Of a DNA stretch of 64,000 nucleotides, positions 49,601 to 62,889 are shown one piece after another. A program made the position numbers and the translations under genes. Below the pieces are notes generated by a model. The model was given only the letters and a program-made list of their open reading frames with translations, did not search any database and had not been told where the DNA came from. Source of the stretch: Vicugna vicugna. Lineage: Eukaryota. How positions within the stretch are numbered: position 1 is the first letter of the stretch; the number at the start of each line of letters is the position of its first letter. Location: NCBI GenBank assembly GCA_013265495.1, contig MU057887.1, positions 11,985 through 75,984 on the forward strand. Direction: 5' to 3'.

Positions 49601-52369
49601 TACCCCAGCTCACAGGGGGAGAGACAGGCTCTGGAGGACACGGCAGTGAGCAGTGGGGGGAAGCGGAGGCGTGACTGCATCCGTGCTCTTGGAGCCCCAG
49701 GGGGCCTGGGTTTGAGGCCAGCCTGGCTGACTGCCCCCAGACAAGGGGTTCCCCAATGGATGCAGGTCCGAGAGGGCCTGGTCAGAGGGACAGGCTGGGG
49801 ACGGGGCCTGGCACTTTTCAGCTAAAGGAGCTGTGTGTGATTCCCTCCCCACCCAGAACTCACAGAGCCGGCCACAGAGCTGTGGCCCAGCCTCACCGTA
49901 ACATCCTGGTGAAGAGGGGGTTCCCAAAGGCCCTCACCTCTCATTTCGAATCCATGGTCCTTTCCATCCTTGTCACACCCCTGAGAAGCGTGTCATCCCC
50001 AAGTTCTCACCGGTGGAACCAGGTGGGAAACTCAAACGGGGCAGAGCCTGGGGGCAGCAAGGCCTGGGGTGGAGGGTGGGATTGGGGAGCAGAGTTGCCC
50101 CAGCGGAGTCAGGAGGTCTGGACTCCCAGTGGTGTGTATTGAGGGGGCTGTAGCTGGCGTATTCAATTAAGAATTTGCAGATCAAAACCTCCTGAATGAG
50201 GAGGCACGAGCCATCCACACGGAGTCAGCAGGGAGCCCCTCCGCATCCGAGCTCCCACTTGGGGAGGTGAAGCCCGGGGTCGTTGTGATTGAAGCTGCAG
50301 TTCCAGTACACTCAGACAGAGAGCGCAGTCACAAGATTCTTCACTTACAGATCCCAGAAATGGGAGAGGGGAGCATAATGACTGGGGAAGGGCAGTCCTC
50401 GTCCCCGTCACGGGCAAGCAGGACACAGAGAACCAGATTATAAGGTGGCTTGTAACTTATAACTAGGGGACCCAGCACCCAGTAGGACCTCAGCACTTGC
50501 TCCTGTTCCCCATCCGTTAGGACGGTCTGGGTGGGTGACCCTGCATGTCCCACCCCTGTGCAAGGCCGCAGCCTCCCTGTCTACAACGTGGACACTGGGC
50601 CACCTGAGCTCCCGGGGCCTCTGGGCCTGGCCTCCCGTGGGAGACGCAGGGTGCGGAGGGCCTGGGAGGCATCGGGTCGAGGTCACCCAGTGTCCTTTCT
50701 TGGGAGGCCCCTTCTCTGACTTCCGCCTGCTGTTCTGGTATTGAACAGCCTTTCCTGTGGGAGAGGAGGGCCAGGCGGGTTTTGCTAAGTGCCCTTTCTT
50801 AGCTGCTTGTGTCAGTTCCCAAACGTAAACCAAGTTCACGGAGAAGGAAGGTACAGGAACTCCAGACACGTGTGAGGAGGGGAGAGTAAAGGAGAGCTGG
50901 AGGGGCCAGGGACCCCAGGGGCCTAGGACAAGTGTCCCTTCCCTCAGACGCCTCTGGGAGTGGAATCCTCTCAGTCTCTTGCTCCCCCATTCCCCGTTGG
51001 TCCCCCTTCCCAGGAAGCTGAGTCTGATCGCTGCTGCTACCGTGCTATGTGGGCCATGTGGGCCGCAGGGAAAATGCCCTGTTTGATGCTCCACTACCCT
51101 GATCTCGCCACCTGCATGCCGTGGGGGCATCACTGCACCTCCTGTAGCCCCATCAGCCATGACTGCGGAGCAGGAGGGCACCACCTACAATGAGAGGGTA
51201 TCGGGCCTGCATGACCGTGTGTGCATCCTTCAGGCCTGTGCTTTGCTCTTAGAAAATGCTCATAATGTAATACCTGTGGTTGTGTTATTGTTACAATCAT
51301 TAGCAAGATGTTCCTGGCTTTAAAAAAAAAATGCCAGGAGATCTAGTACACGTGTAAGATATGGACTGATTTTTTTATCCTGAGCCTCCTAGCAACAAAA
51401 GTGAAGAGGGAAAGATCACTCACTAGATTCAAAGATGAAAACACAGCTTTTGCTGGTAATGAAACCAAGGGACGAGCCTTTTGGGAGCCCCCATAAAGGA
51501 TTCCCCATGTGATGTGTGAGCAGCCTCCTCAGTGCTCCTGGGGTCTGGCTTGATCCAAGGACCTGTGTCTGGGGCAGGACCTTCAGGCTCTCCTAACCGC
51601 AGGGGAGAGGGAGGGGGTGTCCTCAGGTTTTCTGCAAGGGGAACCCAGTGAGGCCCATAACCTTGAGATGTCTGAAGTTTCATGTGTTATCTTCAAAATC
51701 CATGAGGATTTCCCCTCAGTCTATAGTTGAACCGTGTGTATTTAACTACAAAAATCACGTTTTCCCTCCTCCACTCCATACATTTGGGTACCACAGATGC
51801 TCCATACAGATGGGCCACGGTCATTCCTCAGCTTTGCCTTAACATGGGGTCCCAGCCCTTTTAGAGAAGCTCATGGCAGCCACATCCCTCGCCCCAACAA
51901 AAGACACACTCATGGTTAGGTAAGTGGAAGAGAGCCTAAAGCAATTACGCAGACGATTTCAGGGTTTCACAGATCCTAAAAAACTCCAGGGACTCCAGGA
52001 CCCTGGCTGGACAGGCTCCAACCTGGATGATGGGGGAACTGCACATCTTCTGGACCAAGCTCATGAATATTATTTCTCCCAGCTGGGCTTTTGTTAGATG
52101 TGGAGCAGTAGAAAGCTCAAATTTATCTTGAAGTTGTTTATTCTGCACAGAGCCAGATGTCTTCCTTGTGACCCAGACAGGAGCGGGCTGAGTACCTAAC
52201 ACTCTCCTACACCAGGCACTTGAGTCGATGGGGACTTTTACACTGATTACGGAACAGCAAGGAAGTGGGACTGGCGACTGTTGAGACTGCGTACGACGCT
52301 CCCTTCTCCCGGGTCCCGTCCCCTTTTACACCTGGGTAGGTGCCCAGGAGGCTGGTACCTGATTTTTAT

Positions 52370-53060
52370 AGCATCTTGTTCTAGTCATGTTTTCTTTTGT
52401 CTTTGATTATGTTAAGCAAATTCATTTTACAGTCTCTTTCTAAAAGTTTCTTGCCTGAAGTTCTAGGATTTTCATCCTGACATTTGAAACGTTTGCTCTC
52501 CTTCCCTCATGGTGGCCTGTTTCCTTGCGTATTGTATAATTTGAGATCATGAGTTTATTTCCAGCCAGGCTTTTATCTGTGGGAACCCCAGGAGGCCTGG
52601 CTTGTGCACCTGCTTCTCCAGAGCATCTTTAGAATTACTCTGCCTGGCAGCCTAGGGTTGTCACAGCGTAGGGCCACTTTTATGTTAATTGCTTTAGTCT
52701 CTCTCAACTTACCTAACTTAACTCCCCGTCCCCCAGGGCAGGTGCATGGCTACAGATTCTCAGGAGACATGCAAGCTTTTTCCTACCTCGAGTTCTGGTG
52801 AGCAGAGACAAGTTTTTTTGTCATCTCTCTTTGACAGTGGGCATATCTCGGCTACCCATTCATTAGGGGTACAGCCCCTCCAGCCCCTGGCTTTCTGGGC
52901 AGAGCTCAGTTGCATCTCCCATCGTCCTGCTTACTCAGTGTCTCATCTCCCGACTGCTGGTTTTACCCTCTCTCTGTCTCAACACCCCTCTCCCGACCCC
53001 ACAAGCCTGCCCCACACTCATTCAACATCTGGGTTCTCAGTTCACCATGTTTTCCTGTGA
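52370..53060 (-). mobile_element. Ancient L1 5'-region-like fragment
   Basis: T-rich CTCATGGTGGCCTGTTTCCTTGCGTATTGTATAATTT pattern; family uncertain. Confidence 0.4.
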
Positions 53061-53084
53061 CTTAACTGTTAATACTGCTCAGCA

Positions 53085-53229
53085 TGCAACTTAGTAGAGT
53101 GTAACTGTTAAGAATACAGACTCTGGAGCCAGACTGCCTGAGCTTGAATCCCAGCTCCACCAACATGGGCTGCACTCAGTTTCCTCATCTGTGAAATGGG
53201 AAGTTGGGGTTGCTGCAAGTGCTAGAGGG
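53085..53229 (+). mobile_element. MIR SINE adjoining the LTR
   Basis: GTTAAGAATACAGACTCTGGAGCCAGACTGCCTGAGCTTGAATCCCAGCTCCAC...CTCAGTTTCCTCATCTGTGAAATGGG. Confidence 0.85.
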
Positions 53230-53672
53230 TGTTGATGGAAAACAACAAAACACCTATTATTTTACCAGCAAAAATGGGTTTATTCAGGAACAGCAAAGAA
53301 TTACAATTCAGGACACGCAGTGTATGCGGAACCACAGGCAAGTCCTGGGTACCATTCTTTTATAAGCAAGAAGGGGAGTTGGAAGGGGCTGTTATAAACA
53401 AAGTGTCCACTAGAGAAAGCTGGGAGTTAAAAGTGTAGTGGCTTTTCATTGGCTGAGTTGTAACAGTTTCTCATTGGCTGGGCTGTTACCAGGCAAGGGG
53501 ACGTTCTTCCTCCCTCCTGCTGGGTAGTAAAGTAGTCACCTTCTTCCTGTTGGAGTCCCAAAGGTACATCTCTTCCTGCCGGGTCTGCAGTTGATGGGGG
53601 AGTGGTCGGGCGTGAGAGCTCCCTCTTCTGGTCTCCTGACTCCATTTTAAATGAGGTTTATTCATTTTCTCA
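53230..53672 (-). mobile_element. Full-length ERV1-type solo LTR
   Basis: TG...CA termini with a perfect 4-bp TSD AGGG (53226-53229 / 53673-53676). On the minus strand: two CCAAT boxes (53473-53477, 53448-53452), TATAAAA (53358-53364) and AATAAA (53279-53284), in U3-R order. Confidence 0.85.
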
Positions 53673-53869
53673 AGGGCTTGATGCGTGAACATCGCTCCAT
53701 ATTGAATTACTGCCTATTGCAAGCATTATAAAAGTTAGTATTAAATATCATATAGACATAGTAATAAGATTATCTTAATGATGATATTAATATTGTCATT
53801 CTGGTCCCTGGTGATTTTCCTCTTTCTTACAAGCTCAGTGATGCATTTAGAAGATGCTTGTAATTTTTT

Positions 53870-54007
53870 TTTCTTTTTAGGGGGAAGATAATTAGGTTTA
53901 TTATTTTTATTCATTTACTTATTTATTTATGGGGGCACTGGGGATTGAACCCAGGACCTTGTGTATGCTAAGCAGGCACTCTACCCCTGAGCTATAACCT
54001 CCCCTCT
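53870..54007 (-). mobile_element. tRNA-Ala-derived SINE (vic-1 type)
   Basis: Reverse complement of the same head and tail (GGGGATTGAACCCAGGACC...TGCTAAG...CTGAGCTATA; TAATTAGG); TSD ATGCTTGTAATTTTTT (53854-53869) / ATGTTTGTAATTTTTT (54008-54023). Confidence 0.9.
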
Positions 54008-54549
54008 ATGTTTGTAATTTTTTTATCTCGCATTTCTAGGAGATACGTAAGAAAAAGCTTTCAGGTTGTGTAGTGATCTAAATTGTCCAACCTCTTGACC
54101 TGTAAGTGGTTAAAGCAGAATAATAATAATGCTCCCTGTGTATTACTGCTTCTCACAAGCACATTCAGAGCCTGTATGTAGCTCATCTCTAACTCTCCCA
54201 CTAAATTGCAGGCCATCTTTGGAGTCTGGTGGAATCCAGCTCAGCCACATACCTACTGGCTCCGTGACACATCTTGCCATCTGTGCACATGCTCCATCCC
54301 TTATCTGGCTGACACCCTCAGGGCCAGATGTGACTTTGGAATTCCTATTATTTTCAATGATAAGGCAATCTGTGGCAACTCTTGGGGAGGGATCAGGGTG
54401 GCATCCTGGGGACAGTTTTTACACAAGATCGCCACTAAGTGGGGTGGACAGAGACTGAATAGCCTCACTTTTTCTGGTCACATCAGATTTTGTAGCCAAA
54501 CGAGCCCTGTAAATTCTGCATTTTCAGAGCTCTTTGCATTTCCAGATTG

Positions 54550-54918
54550 CACACGGGGTCTCCCAGTGGGGGCGGGAGATTGGATGTGACTCCCACGCCA
54601 ACAAGAACAAGTGGGGATTTACAGCCAAGGAGCAGGCGGGGGCCAGTGGATGGGAAAGCAGGAAGAGGAGCCATCTGGGGAACGGGGATCCTTGCTGACT
54701 TGGTCACTCAACCAAACTCTTACTGAAGGCTGGCTGGGCGATAAGGTACCAGGGTGGTCAGATGCCAGGGCTAGGGGACTTTCCTAAACCAACTTGGCAG
54801 GATTCTTGCTCAAAGTGGATTCTATAAGGACAGAGAGGGAAGCTCACGCTCAGGCCTCAACCAGCCGAGAGCTCCAAGGAGGCTGATTCAGGTTAGGTCA
54901 AGAAGAAAGTCGTTGTCA
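54550..54918 (-). mobile_element. MER31-like LTR
   Basis: ACAAGTGGGGATTTACAGCCAAGGAGCAG...CAGTGGATGG...CAGGATTCTTGCT...GGTCAAGAAGAAAGTCGTTGTCA. Confidence 0.8.
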
Positions 54919-56924
54919 GTGTCCACTGGATATGGTCCTCGGGGAACACCTGATGGAGGAGGCAGGCCCAGTCCTGAGACCCCAACACAGGGCAGAGGGA
55001 GGGCAGCCTGGGGGTTGCTGGCTGAGCTGGGTCGAGGGGAGAAGGGACCACATCGCCGAGGTGGGGACCCAGGGCCCAGGGGAAGCTGGAGGACCTGGCA
55101 TGCAGAGCAGGAGGCCAGCTGGTAAAAATGGCTGAGGCCGATGAGCACCTACTACGTGCCAAGCCCACCTGAAGCAGTTGGCGTCTCTGAGTACAGCCTG
55201 GGGGTCGCCCGGGGGAAGGTGTTATTCTGATTCTCATTTTACAGGTGAGGAAACTGAGGCGCAGTTAAACAGAAGTCATCAGCCCAAAGTGGTCAGCTAT
55301 TACCCGGTGAAGCCACCCCCCAAACCCAGCCCACACACTGAATCACGACTGTCTGCTGCCTTTTACTATCATTACCATCACCAAGAGAGACTAGCTGGAG
55401 GGGAGGGAGGAAAGGCGTCCGGGGCAGAGGCCGGCTGAAGGCCTGGAGGTGGGAAGCTGGCGGAAAGGCTGGAGAAGAGTGGTCGCTAGGGGCTTGGAGG
55501 GGCTGAGTGGGAGATGCAGGGGAGACGGGAGGAACAGAGGCGTGCTCAGACTGCAGAGGTCTTGGACACCACGCTGGAAATTTGGAGCTCATCCTGCATG
55601 GCAAGGGCCTCGGCTGGAGCAGGTCACAGCTGGGTGGCAGAGTGAGTGTGTTGGCCGCAGGTAGGCTGGCAGGCCAAGAGGCTGGGTCTGGGGAAGGGGA
55701 GGTGGTGGAGAAGTCTGGAGCCTGCAGGGACCCTGGGGTGCAGAGGTGGGCAGGCTTGGGAGCAGGGCAGAGCCTGCCCTGGCTGGCTCAGCAGGAGCTA
55801 GGGGACATCACGGGAGCGCTATCTGCCCAGGCTTCAGATTGAGGTCGGGGGGTGGTCCCAGCCTCCTCCAGGAGCCTGCCTGGATTCAGTCCACAGCCCA
55901 CCACGGAGGAAGGCAGGAACTGGAATGGGAACCCAGCATCCATCCTGGCCCTGCCCCTCATCAGCCTGTGACCTGGCAGGTGCCATCAGCATCTGGGGCC
56001 TCAGTGTCCACCTGCGATGGGGGACAGGTCTGCCCGGCTGTGGGCCAGGCTGGCCGGGGCAAGCCCTCAGTAAGAGGTACCTCTCGCCCCCAGGAGATAG
56101 GACCCCCCCCCAACCCTTCCAGCGACTCCCAGCAGCAGTTTCTCCTGCATTAAATCCACCCCTTCATGGTCTGTGAACTGCGTCCTTGCAGAAGCGGGAG
56201 GGTGGTGGGTGGAGCTGTGTCCTGGGTGGATGCCCCTCCTCCGGGAGCGGAGCCTTAGACTTGGCAGAGACCCAGCATCACCTCCTCACTGGGCTCTTTG
56301 GGTTTTATTTACAAAGTCAAGAACACAGGTCCCCACCTGGAACTAGCCATTTGTGCCTCAGGGGGCCGTTCAGAAGGCAAGGCACTGCCAAAGCCCCCAC
56401 GTCCACCAGCCTGGCCCATTACCCCAGGCCCCCCCTCCCGGGGCCTTTCATTATCAGTGTGAGGTCTCATGTCCCGAGTGGTACTTGTTCTTTCCAAGGA
56501 TTCTTCCAAGAAAAGGCTGCTGGCCAAGGAAGTGCCTGGGGAGGAGTCGAGCCGGGGTGTCAAGCCCAGTCCGTCCAGCTCTGCCCTGTGTGGCCGCAGC
56601 CCGCCTGTCTGCGCAGCGGGGATGGTCGTGGGGCCGCCTCCCAGGGCCGCTGCAGAGATGCAGGTCAGGAAATGCAGCTGGGGCACCCGGCACTGTCCGT
56701 GTTTCAGGGGCCACACCCGTGATGCCTTTGGCCGACATTACTGCTCACCTCCCCGCCTCCTGGAGTTCATGTTCCTGTTAAAGAAATTGGGAGTAGGGGG
56801 TGAACGTGTCTCCAGCTTACTGAGCATTGGGGCCCGACCTTTCCACACTAGGACATGGGATTCCATGGACCTGGAGGTCAAAGCCAGGGTCTGGGGGAGT
56901 GCAGCCCTGCTTGGGGAAAGGTGA

Positions 56925-57320
56925 TGTACTGCTGTCTTAGGGCTGTCCTAACCAATGACCACAAACTAGGGTGGCTTAAAACAGAAACTGTGGAGGCTAG
57001 AAGTCTGAAGTCAGGGTCTCAGCAGGTCCGGAGTCCTTCCTCATCTCTTCCAGCTTCTGCTGGCTGTCCCGAGTCCCTGGGCTCACAGCTGCATCTCTCT
57101 TGTTTCTTCCTCTGCCTCCACGTTGCTGTCTTCCTCTGTCTCTCTGTATCTGTGTCTTCTCATAAGGACCTCCATCCCTGGATGCAGGGCCCACCCCACT
57201 CCAGGGTGACCTTATCTCAACTCAGTCATGTCTGCAAAGACCTACACCAAATAAGGCCACATTCACAGGCACTGGGGGTTAGGGCTCCAGCAGGGCTTTT
57301 GGGGGTCAGCCCTACCCCCG
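56925..57320 (-). mobile_element. MLT1C-like MaLR solo LTR
   Basis: CCACAAACTAGGGTGGCTTAAAACAGAAA...TCTGCAAAGACC...CCAAATAAGGCCACATTCACAGG. Confidence 0.85.
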
Positions 57321-59146
57321 ACAGGTGAGCGGTCTGGGTACCCCAGGATTCAGCCCAGCAGGCGGATTGCTTTTTCTGTCTCCAACTTGATCGTGTGGGG
57401 CTGGACAGGGCAGGGGTGGTGTTCGGACAGGAGGCTGGGAGGGACAGACACCTTGGTGGCGGTGGCCCCACTGTGCCAATGTTGCCTCTACTCGTGACTT
57501 TGATTAAATGAAGGAAGCAATGGCTCATGTTTACTCAAGGGCCTGCTCTGCGCTGGGTCCTGGGCTGGCACACGCGTCCTCATTCGTGTAGGAGGTTGCT
57601 GAGGGCACACACAGACACTGAAGCTGATTGGTTTGAATCCCGGCCAGGCCGTGTGACCTTGGACCAGTCACTTTTCCCGGGGCCCTCGCAAGCTCCTTGT
57701 GGAAGCTTAGAAGTGGAGAGGTGGATGTGGTGTGGTGGCCAGATCATAGTCAGGACTCCACGAGCATCAGCTGTGACCTCTACCCGCATTTCATCCTCAC
57801 ACTCATGCTGGGAGGCACACTGTACAGAGGAGACTGGGGCTCGGGGGCTGAGGGGCTGGCAGGGGAGGCGGCCGAGCGGGGAGCAGCCTCAGTCTGGAGC
57901 CTGGAATCCCGGCTGGGCCACGCTCCTGCTCTACACCCCTCATTGCGCCACCCAGCAACTATTTATAAACCAGGCAGCGTTATACAACGGCCGCCCGGGA
58001 AGGGCCTCGAGAACTGGCTGTTCACAACCTTGTTTTCAGATGGGAAACTGAGGCTGGGGAAGAAGGTCTCTTGGACGCATTTGTGGGATCTCAGAAAAGG
58101 GGCCTCTGCTGATCAGAACCCCTGACCCACCTCTAGAACTGGGAACCCTCCCAGAACTGAGAGGGGGAATGTTCTGAGAGCAGAGGGCGGGGACCACCAG
58201 GGGAAGGGCCCTGGTGGCAGCGGGCAGAGCGGGGGTTCAGCTGGCAAAGAGACATGGGGGGAACATGAAGATGTTAGGACATGCTGGCTGGCAGAGCCGG
58301 GGTGGGACAGAGGGCTCACCCCATGACAGCAGAGACCCTGTCTTTCTTGCCCTGCTGTATTCCCAACACCCAGAACAGTGCCAGGCATACAGTAGGTGCT
58401 CAGTGAATATGTCTCCGGGGTTTATTAAAACACCAGGGAGGCGGACTGCCCCCCACCAGCAGGTGCAGCATCCCTGAGCCCGCACTTTCTGGCTGACAGC
58501 TTGAGCCAGCCACTGCACCCCCTCAGCCTCACTTCCTCCATCTGTGAAAGAAGGGCAATCATAGTCGGTCCTGGCTCTGAAGCCACTGGAAGGGACATTT
58601 CCTCTGGAGCACTCTGAGGGCAGGACCCACCCACCTTTGAGGTTGTTGCCCCGACCCCAGCCTGGCACGGGGGAGCCTCTGTGAAGTGCGCCCATTCATG
58701 AAATACAACACACATGGCTTCTGATGGGCCCGACGCCCATCCAGCCTGGGATGATGACAGGTTGTCCAGCCTTGGGACAGTCACTGAGATCCAGCACATT
58801 GCAAAGCCTTCAGAGATGACCAGCCTAATCACAGCTGGTGCTGGAGTCACCGTGGGTAACGCGGGCTCACCCAGCGTCGCAGCTGTGACTCGGGAATCTC
58901 TCTGCGCTGTGACTGTAACCGCTAGCGGCGACCAAGCCCTGGCGTGCACCCCATGACTCCCCATCGTGGGGCAGGTGTGTCCCCATCCCTGTCCATCCCA
59001 GAGAAGGGAAGGATGAGCTGGGCACAGGGAGCCATGGGGGGAGTGCCCCTGGATGTCCAGGCCCCCAGGGTGCAGAGCCACTGCCCCAGGGGTTCCCCAG
59101 CATGCAGGGGGAACTTTCCAAGTCAGCTTTAGGGAGCACCAGCCTT

Positions 59147-59162
59147 CGCCACCAGGGGGCAG
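59147..59162 (+). promoter_or_regulatory. Strong CTCF motif about 4 kb upstream of the main PRR5 promoter
   Basis: CGCCACCAGGGGGCAG matches the CCASYAGRKGGCRS core. Confidence 0.65.
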
Positions 59163-62100
59163 AAGTGCCCCTCAGAGCGGGCAGTGCCCAGGGTGGGCAG
59201 GGTGCAGCCGGCTGAGGTCAGCGCCAGCCAGAGTGATGGTGCTGGCGGCTGCCTCTTCCTGCTCGGCAGGCCTGGCTCCAGCTTCCGCTCCGCCCTTTGC
59301 TGACTCTGACTTTGAGCCTGTGTTTGGCCTCCCCAGGCCTCAGTTTCTCTGTCTATAACCCCCATCTGGCAACCTGTAAGGACTGGATGAGGCAGTGTGA
59401 CTGACGCAGCCCTGCCCCTGCCGCACCCTGGGCCCCCTTCCCACCCAGCCCCGTTGGGGTGGGCTGACTCCCCGATTTGGGGGACACACGGGGACGCGCC
59501 ACTGTTGCTGAGCTCCTGTACGCACCCCGGTGGACGGGAGTCTGGATGCCTGGGTTCCAGAGCTGCACAGACTTACTGCAGTCCAGTCTCCGGGCGTCAG
59601 GCTATCCATCTGTTAAGTGAGGGGCCGAGCCAGGCTCAGGGCTTTGCAAACCCCAGGAAGTCACGAGAGTCCCCTGAGATTTAGCAACCCCCCCCCAGGC
59701 CCCACCCCCAAAGATCCTGATAGGGTTCCCAGCAGGGACTGGGAAGCAGCATTTTGAACCAGCCCCAAGGTGTTTTCAATGCAAAGTCCCAGTGCCTTGA
59801 GCCCATCCACAGTTGCTGGGCCCATCCTGAAGGTCATTGCCAGTCCTAGCGCTGCGCCCACGAGGACAAAACCTCCAGCCCAGCCCGTCAGCACCGTCAT
59901 ACCTCAGGGATCAAAGACACCTAGGTCACCGCCTCCCCTGTCACATCTACAGGGAGCATGTGGCGTCTAAAGGGCTTTATGGGTTCTCATTTCCCCGTCC
60001 ATCCGTCTTACAGATGGTCAAACTGAGGCCCCAGAAGTCACCTGACTTGATAGCAGGGCCAGTGGACCCCAGTTCTGGCCACCCAACTGAGGGCTCCCTC
60101 TCCCAAAATGAGGAAAAACCCTGGGGGTCCTCCGTAGTGACCAGGGTCTCACACCAGCTCCTGACATGCCGCTGGTGGTGGGGGCAGGGGTTGGAATGAA
60201 GTTTGGATCCTGAAGGAGGAGAGGACACGGGTGATGCCATCCGGGCTGGCGTGGTTCTTGGAGCAAGGTTACTCCAGCAGCTTGGAGGGTGCGTGAACGT
60301 GTACCTCTGCCTCCCATTCCCTTGAACGGGTGTTTTCCTTCCCTGAGTCCCACGCACAGATGAGCCCTGACCAGGACCCCTCTCCCCCAATACGGGGTTG
60401 CTCAATCCCTAACCCCTTATCTGGCCTGGAAGACCCCATCAGTGAGTGGAGGACCAGGAGGGCACCTGCAGCCTTTGCCTGCCTGCGGGGGCAGCCACTC
60501 AGCCAGAGCTGTCACGTGGGGCCCCGGCCCCGGAGGCCTGGTCATCTGATGCTTCCCAGGAAGCCAGAAATCAGGGTTTCTGTGTCAATCTCTCCATTGT
60601 CAAACCTTGGCTGCACGCAGTTTGGGTTTTTTGTTTTTTCCCCCACACTGCGGGTTGTGCTGAACACATTTAGAGGCTGGACTTGGCCGTCGGCCACCCA
60701 GTTGCCCCTGCTCTGGGGGGCATAATGGTTTGTTTCCTGCTGGCCTCTGCTTCCGATTCCGGCCCTGGGGGCTGGCCACTCCCCTGGCTGTCAAGCACCC
60801 TCCCCACCCCGCATCCCTCTCGCCTGTCACCAGCCCAAACACGGGGCACAGCAACTTCAGCTGAGTCTCCAGTATACCCCCACACGGGCTGTTGGGTGTG
60901 GACCATGTAACAGAGGTCGGCAGCTGGGGCCAGGAGGCGGTTACAGCTAATTCCTTAGTACTGACTATAGATGGTTTTGGAATCCCTCAGCCACCCCCAC
61001 CTCCGGCATTTCTTGCTGGCCACTTCTCCCAGCCCCCTCTCCACCAGGACCCCCTCCCAGCTCCTCCTCTTCTCACCTCCCCCAGCCTCCCACGGGGGGG
61101 CTGCCCTTACCACTCCCCTCCCATTTTCGCTTGAATTTCTTATCCAAAGCAATCCAGCCTCCCTCTGCACCGACCCTCCTACCAGCCAGGCCTTGCTGGT
61201 GGCTGAGGTCTTCCCAATGGAGTCTGCGCAGCAAACAAAGCTTCCAGCTTGGGAAACCCTCCTTCACCCCCCCACCCCCACCCAGGGTCTGACCTGATCC
61301 CGGGGTTCTCTGCTGCATTCCCCACAAGGGGCAGTTTCAGGGATTCTGTCTCTGTCTAGTGGGGCACTTTTTACAGAGCATTTAATTTCTTCACTCCTGT
61401 GAGACATGTTTATCCATCCATTTAACCAAATATTTAATGCTTGCCTACTGTGTGCTGGGCTCAGGAACATAGTGGTGAGCTAAGTACATTCCTAGCCCCC
61501 CTGACTTGTGCCATTGGATAGAAAAGTCACCAAATGACCAGAGGACAAGCAGTGAGCCTAACTCAGGGTGAAGCAGTCAGAAGAGGAAGCAGGAAGAGAC
61601 AGGGAATGCTTCTGGGCTCAGAACAGTGGAACCCGCAGGACCTTCATGCACAGCTGCGCACGGGTGTGCCAAGGATCACTCTGGCCACCACGCAGAGGAG
61701 GGGCTTGCGGGTGACCTGTGTGGCCCCAGGGAGAGGGGGCAGGGAGTGTCTGTTATCCTGGCCTGGGGAGGTGATGGTGGAGGTGGAGAGTGCAGATAGG
61801 GTCCACAGATGTTTCTAAAGGACATAGGAACCACCGGGGCCTTGACTGAGAGCTAACGCAAGTCTCAGCCTTGGGGAAGATGGGCTCTGGGGGAGTCAAA
61901 GATCTCTGCTCCCTGGATTTTGAGCCCAGGGTCAGGGAGTTTGCCGGGCATGACTCTGCCTCCTTAGGATGAGGTAGCGCCTGGCACGTGGCAGGTGCTC
62001 AGGAAGTGCTGGCTGAATTTCGCTGGGCAATGTCTCCTCCCCAGGCTCTCATACGCCTGACTGTGAGGCTCTCCTGGCTCACAGAAGCTCATTAACTGCT

Positions 62101-62889
62101 CGGCCTGGCCTTAGCAACCCTTTCTGCCTGGGTCACTTGGCAGAAACAACCCCGCCTGGAGGCTGAGCCAGGCCCCCTCCACCACCTCCTTGACTCTGAG
62201 GCCCAGATTCCTGTCTCGTACGGTTGACCGATGCCGCCAGACCAGCAAGCCCCACTCTCCCAGTAGGCAGTCGCTTTGGTTGTGCCCTTCAGGGGGGAAG
62301 CGTCTCATGCACACACCCTGGTGTAGGTAGGGGACCCAGTGACCTCTGGGTCTCAGTCCGCTCTTCTGTATGATATGAAGGGGGCGCCACTGGGCACCCT
62401 TCCTGCTCTGAGGTTCTAGGATCAGCCCCTCCTCTCCCCGACTGATTCATTCCTGAAGCATTTATAGGGAGACCAGGGCTGGGGTTCTGGTGACGCCAGA
62501 ACTTGCTCAGCACAGGCATTGCTTCAGGAAAGGCCCAGAGGAGGACAGCAAGGGTGCCTTGCCCTGTCTGAGGGAGGGGGCAGGTGCAGGTGAGCCCCGT
62601 GGGAATCCCAGAAACTGGAGGGTCCTACCGTGCGCTCAGGAGGCTGGATTAGGCCCAGCTTTGTCGTTTGTGGATTGAGTGAGGTTGAACAAGTTGTTTC
62701 ACCCACTCTGCCTCAGTTTCCTCAGCTGGAAAATGAAAACTGCGGAGGAGTGTGTGTCCATGTGGCGCCGGGGTCTTGAGAAATCTGTGTGGGCACAGTC
62801 TTTGTGGGGAGGGATGGAGAGGTGGGGGCGACTCCGTAAGCCTTTGCACCAGGGATCTGGGAGGGGGCAGGAAGCTGAGCACCGTGTGG

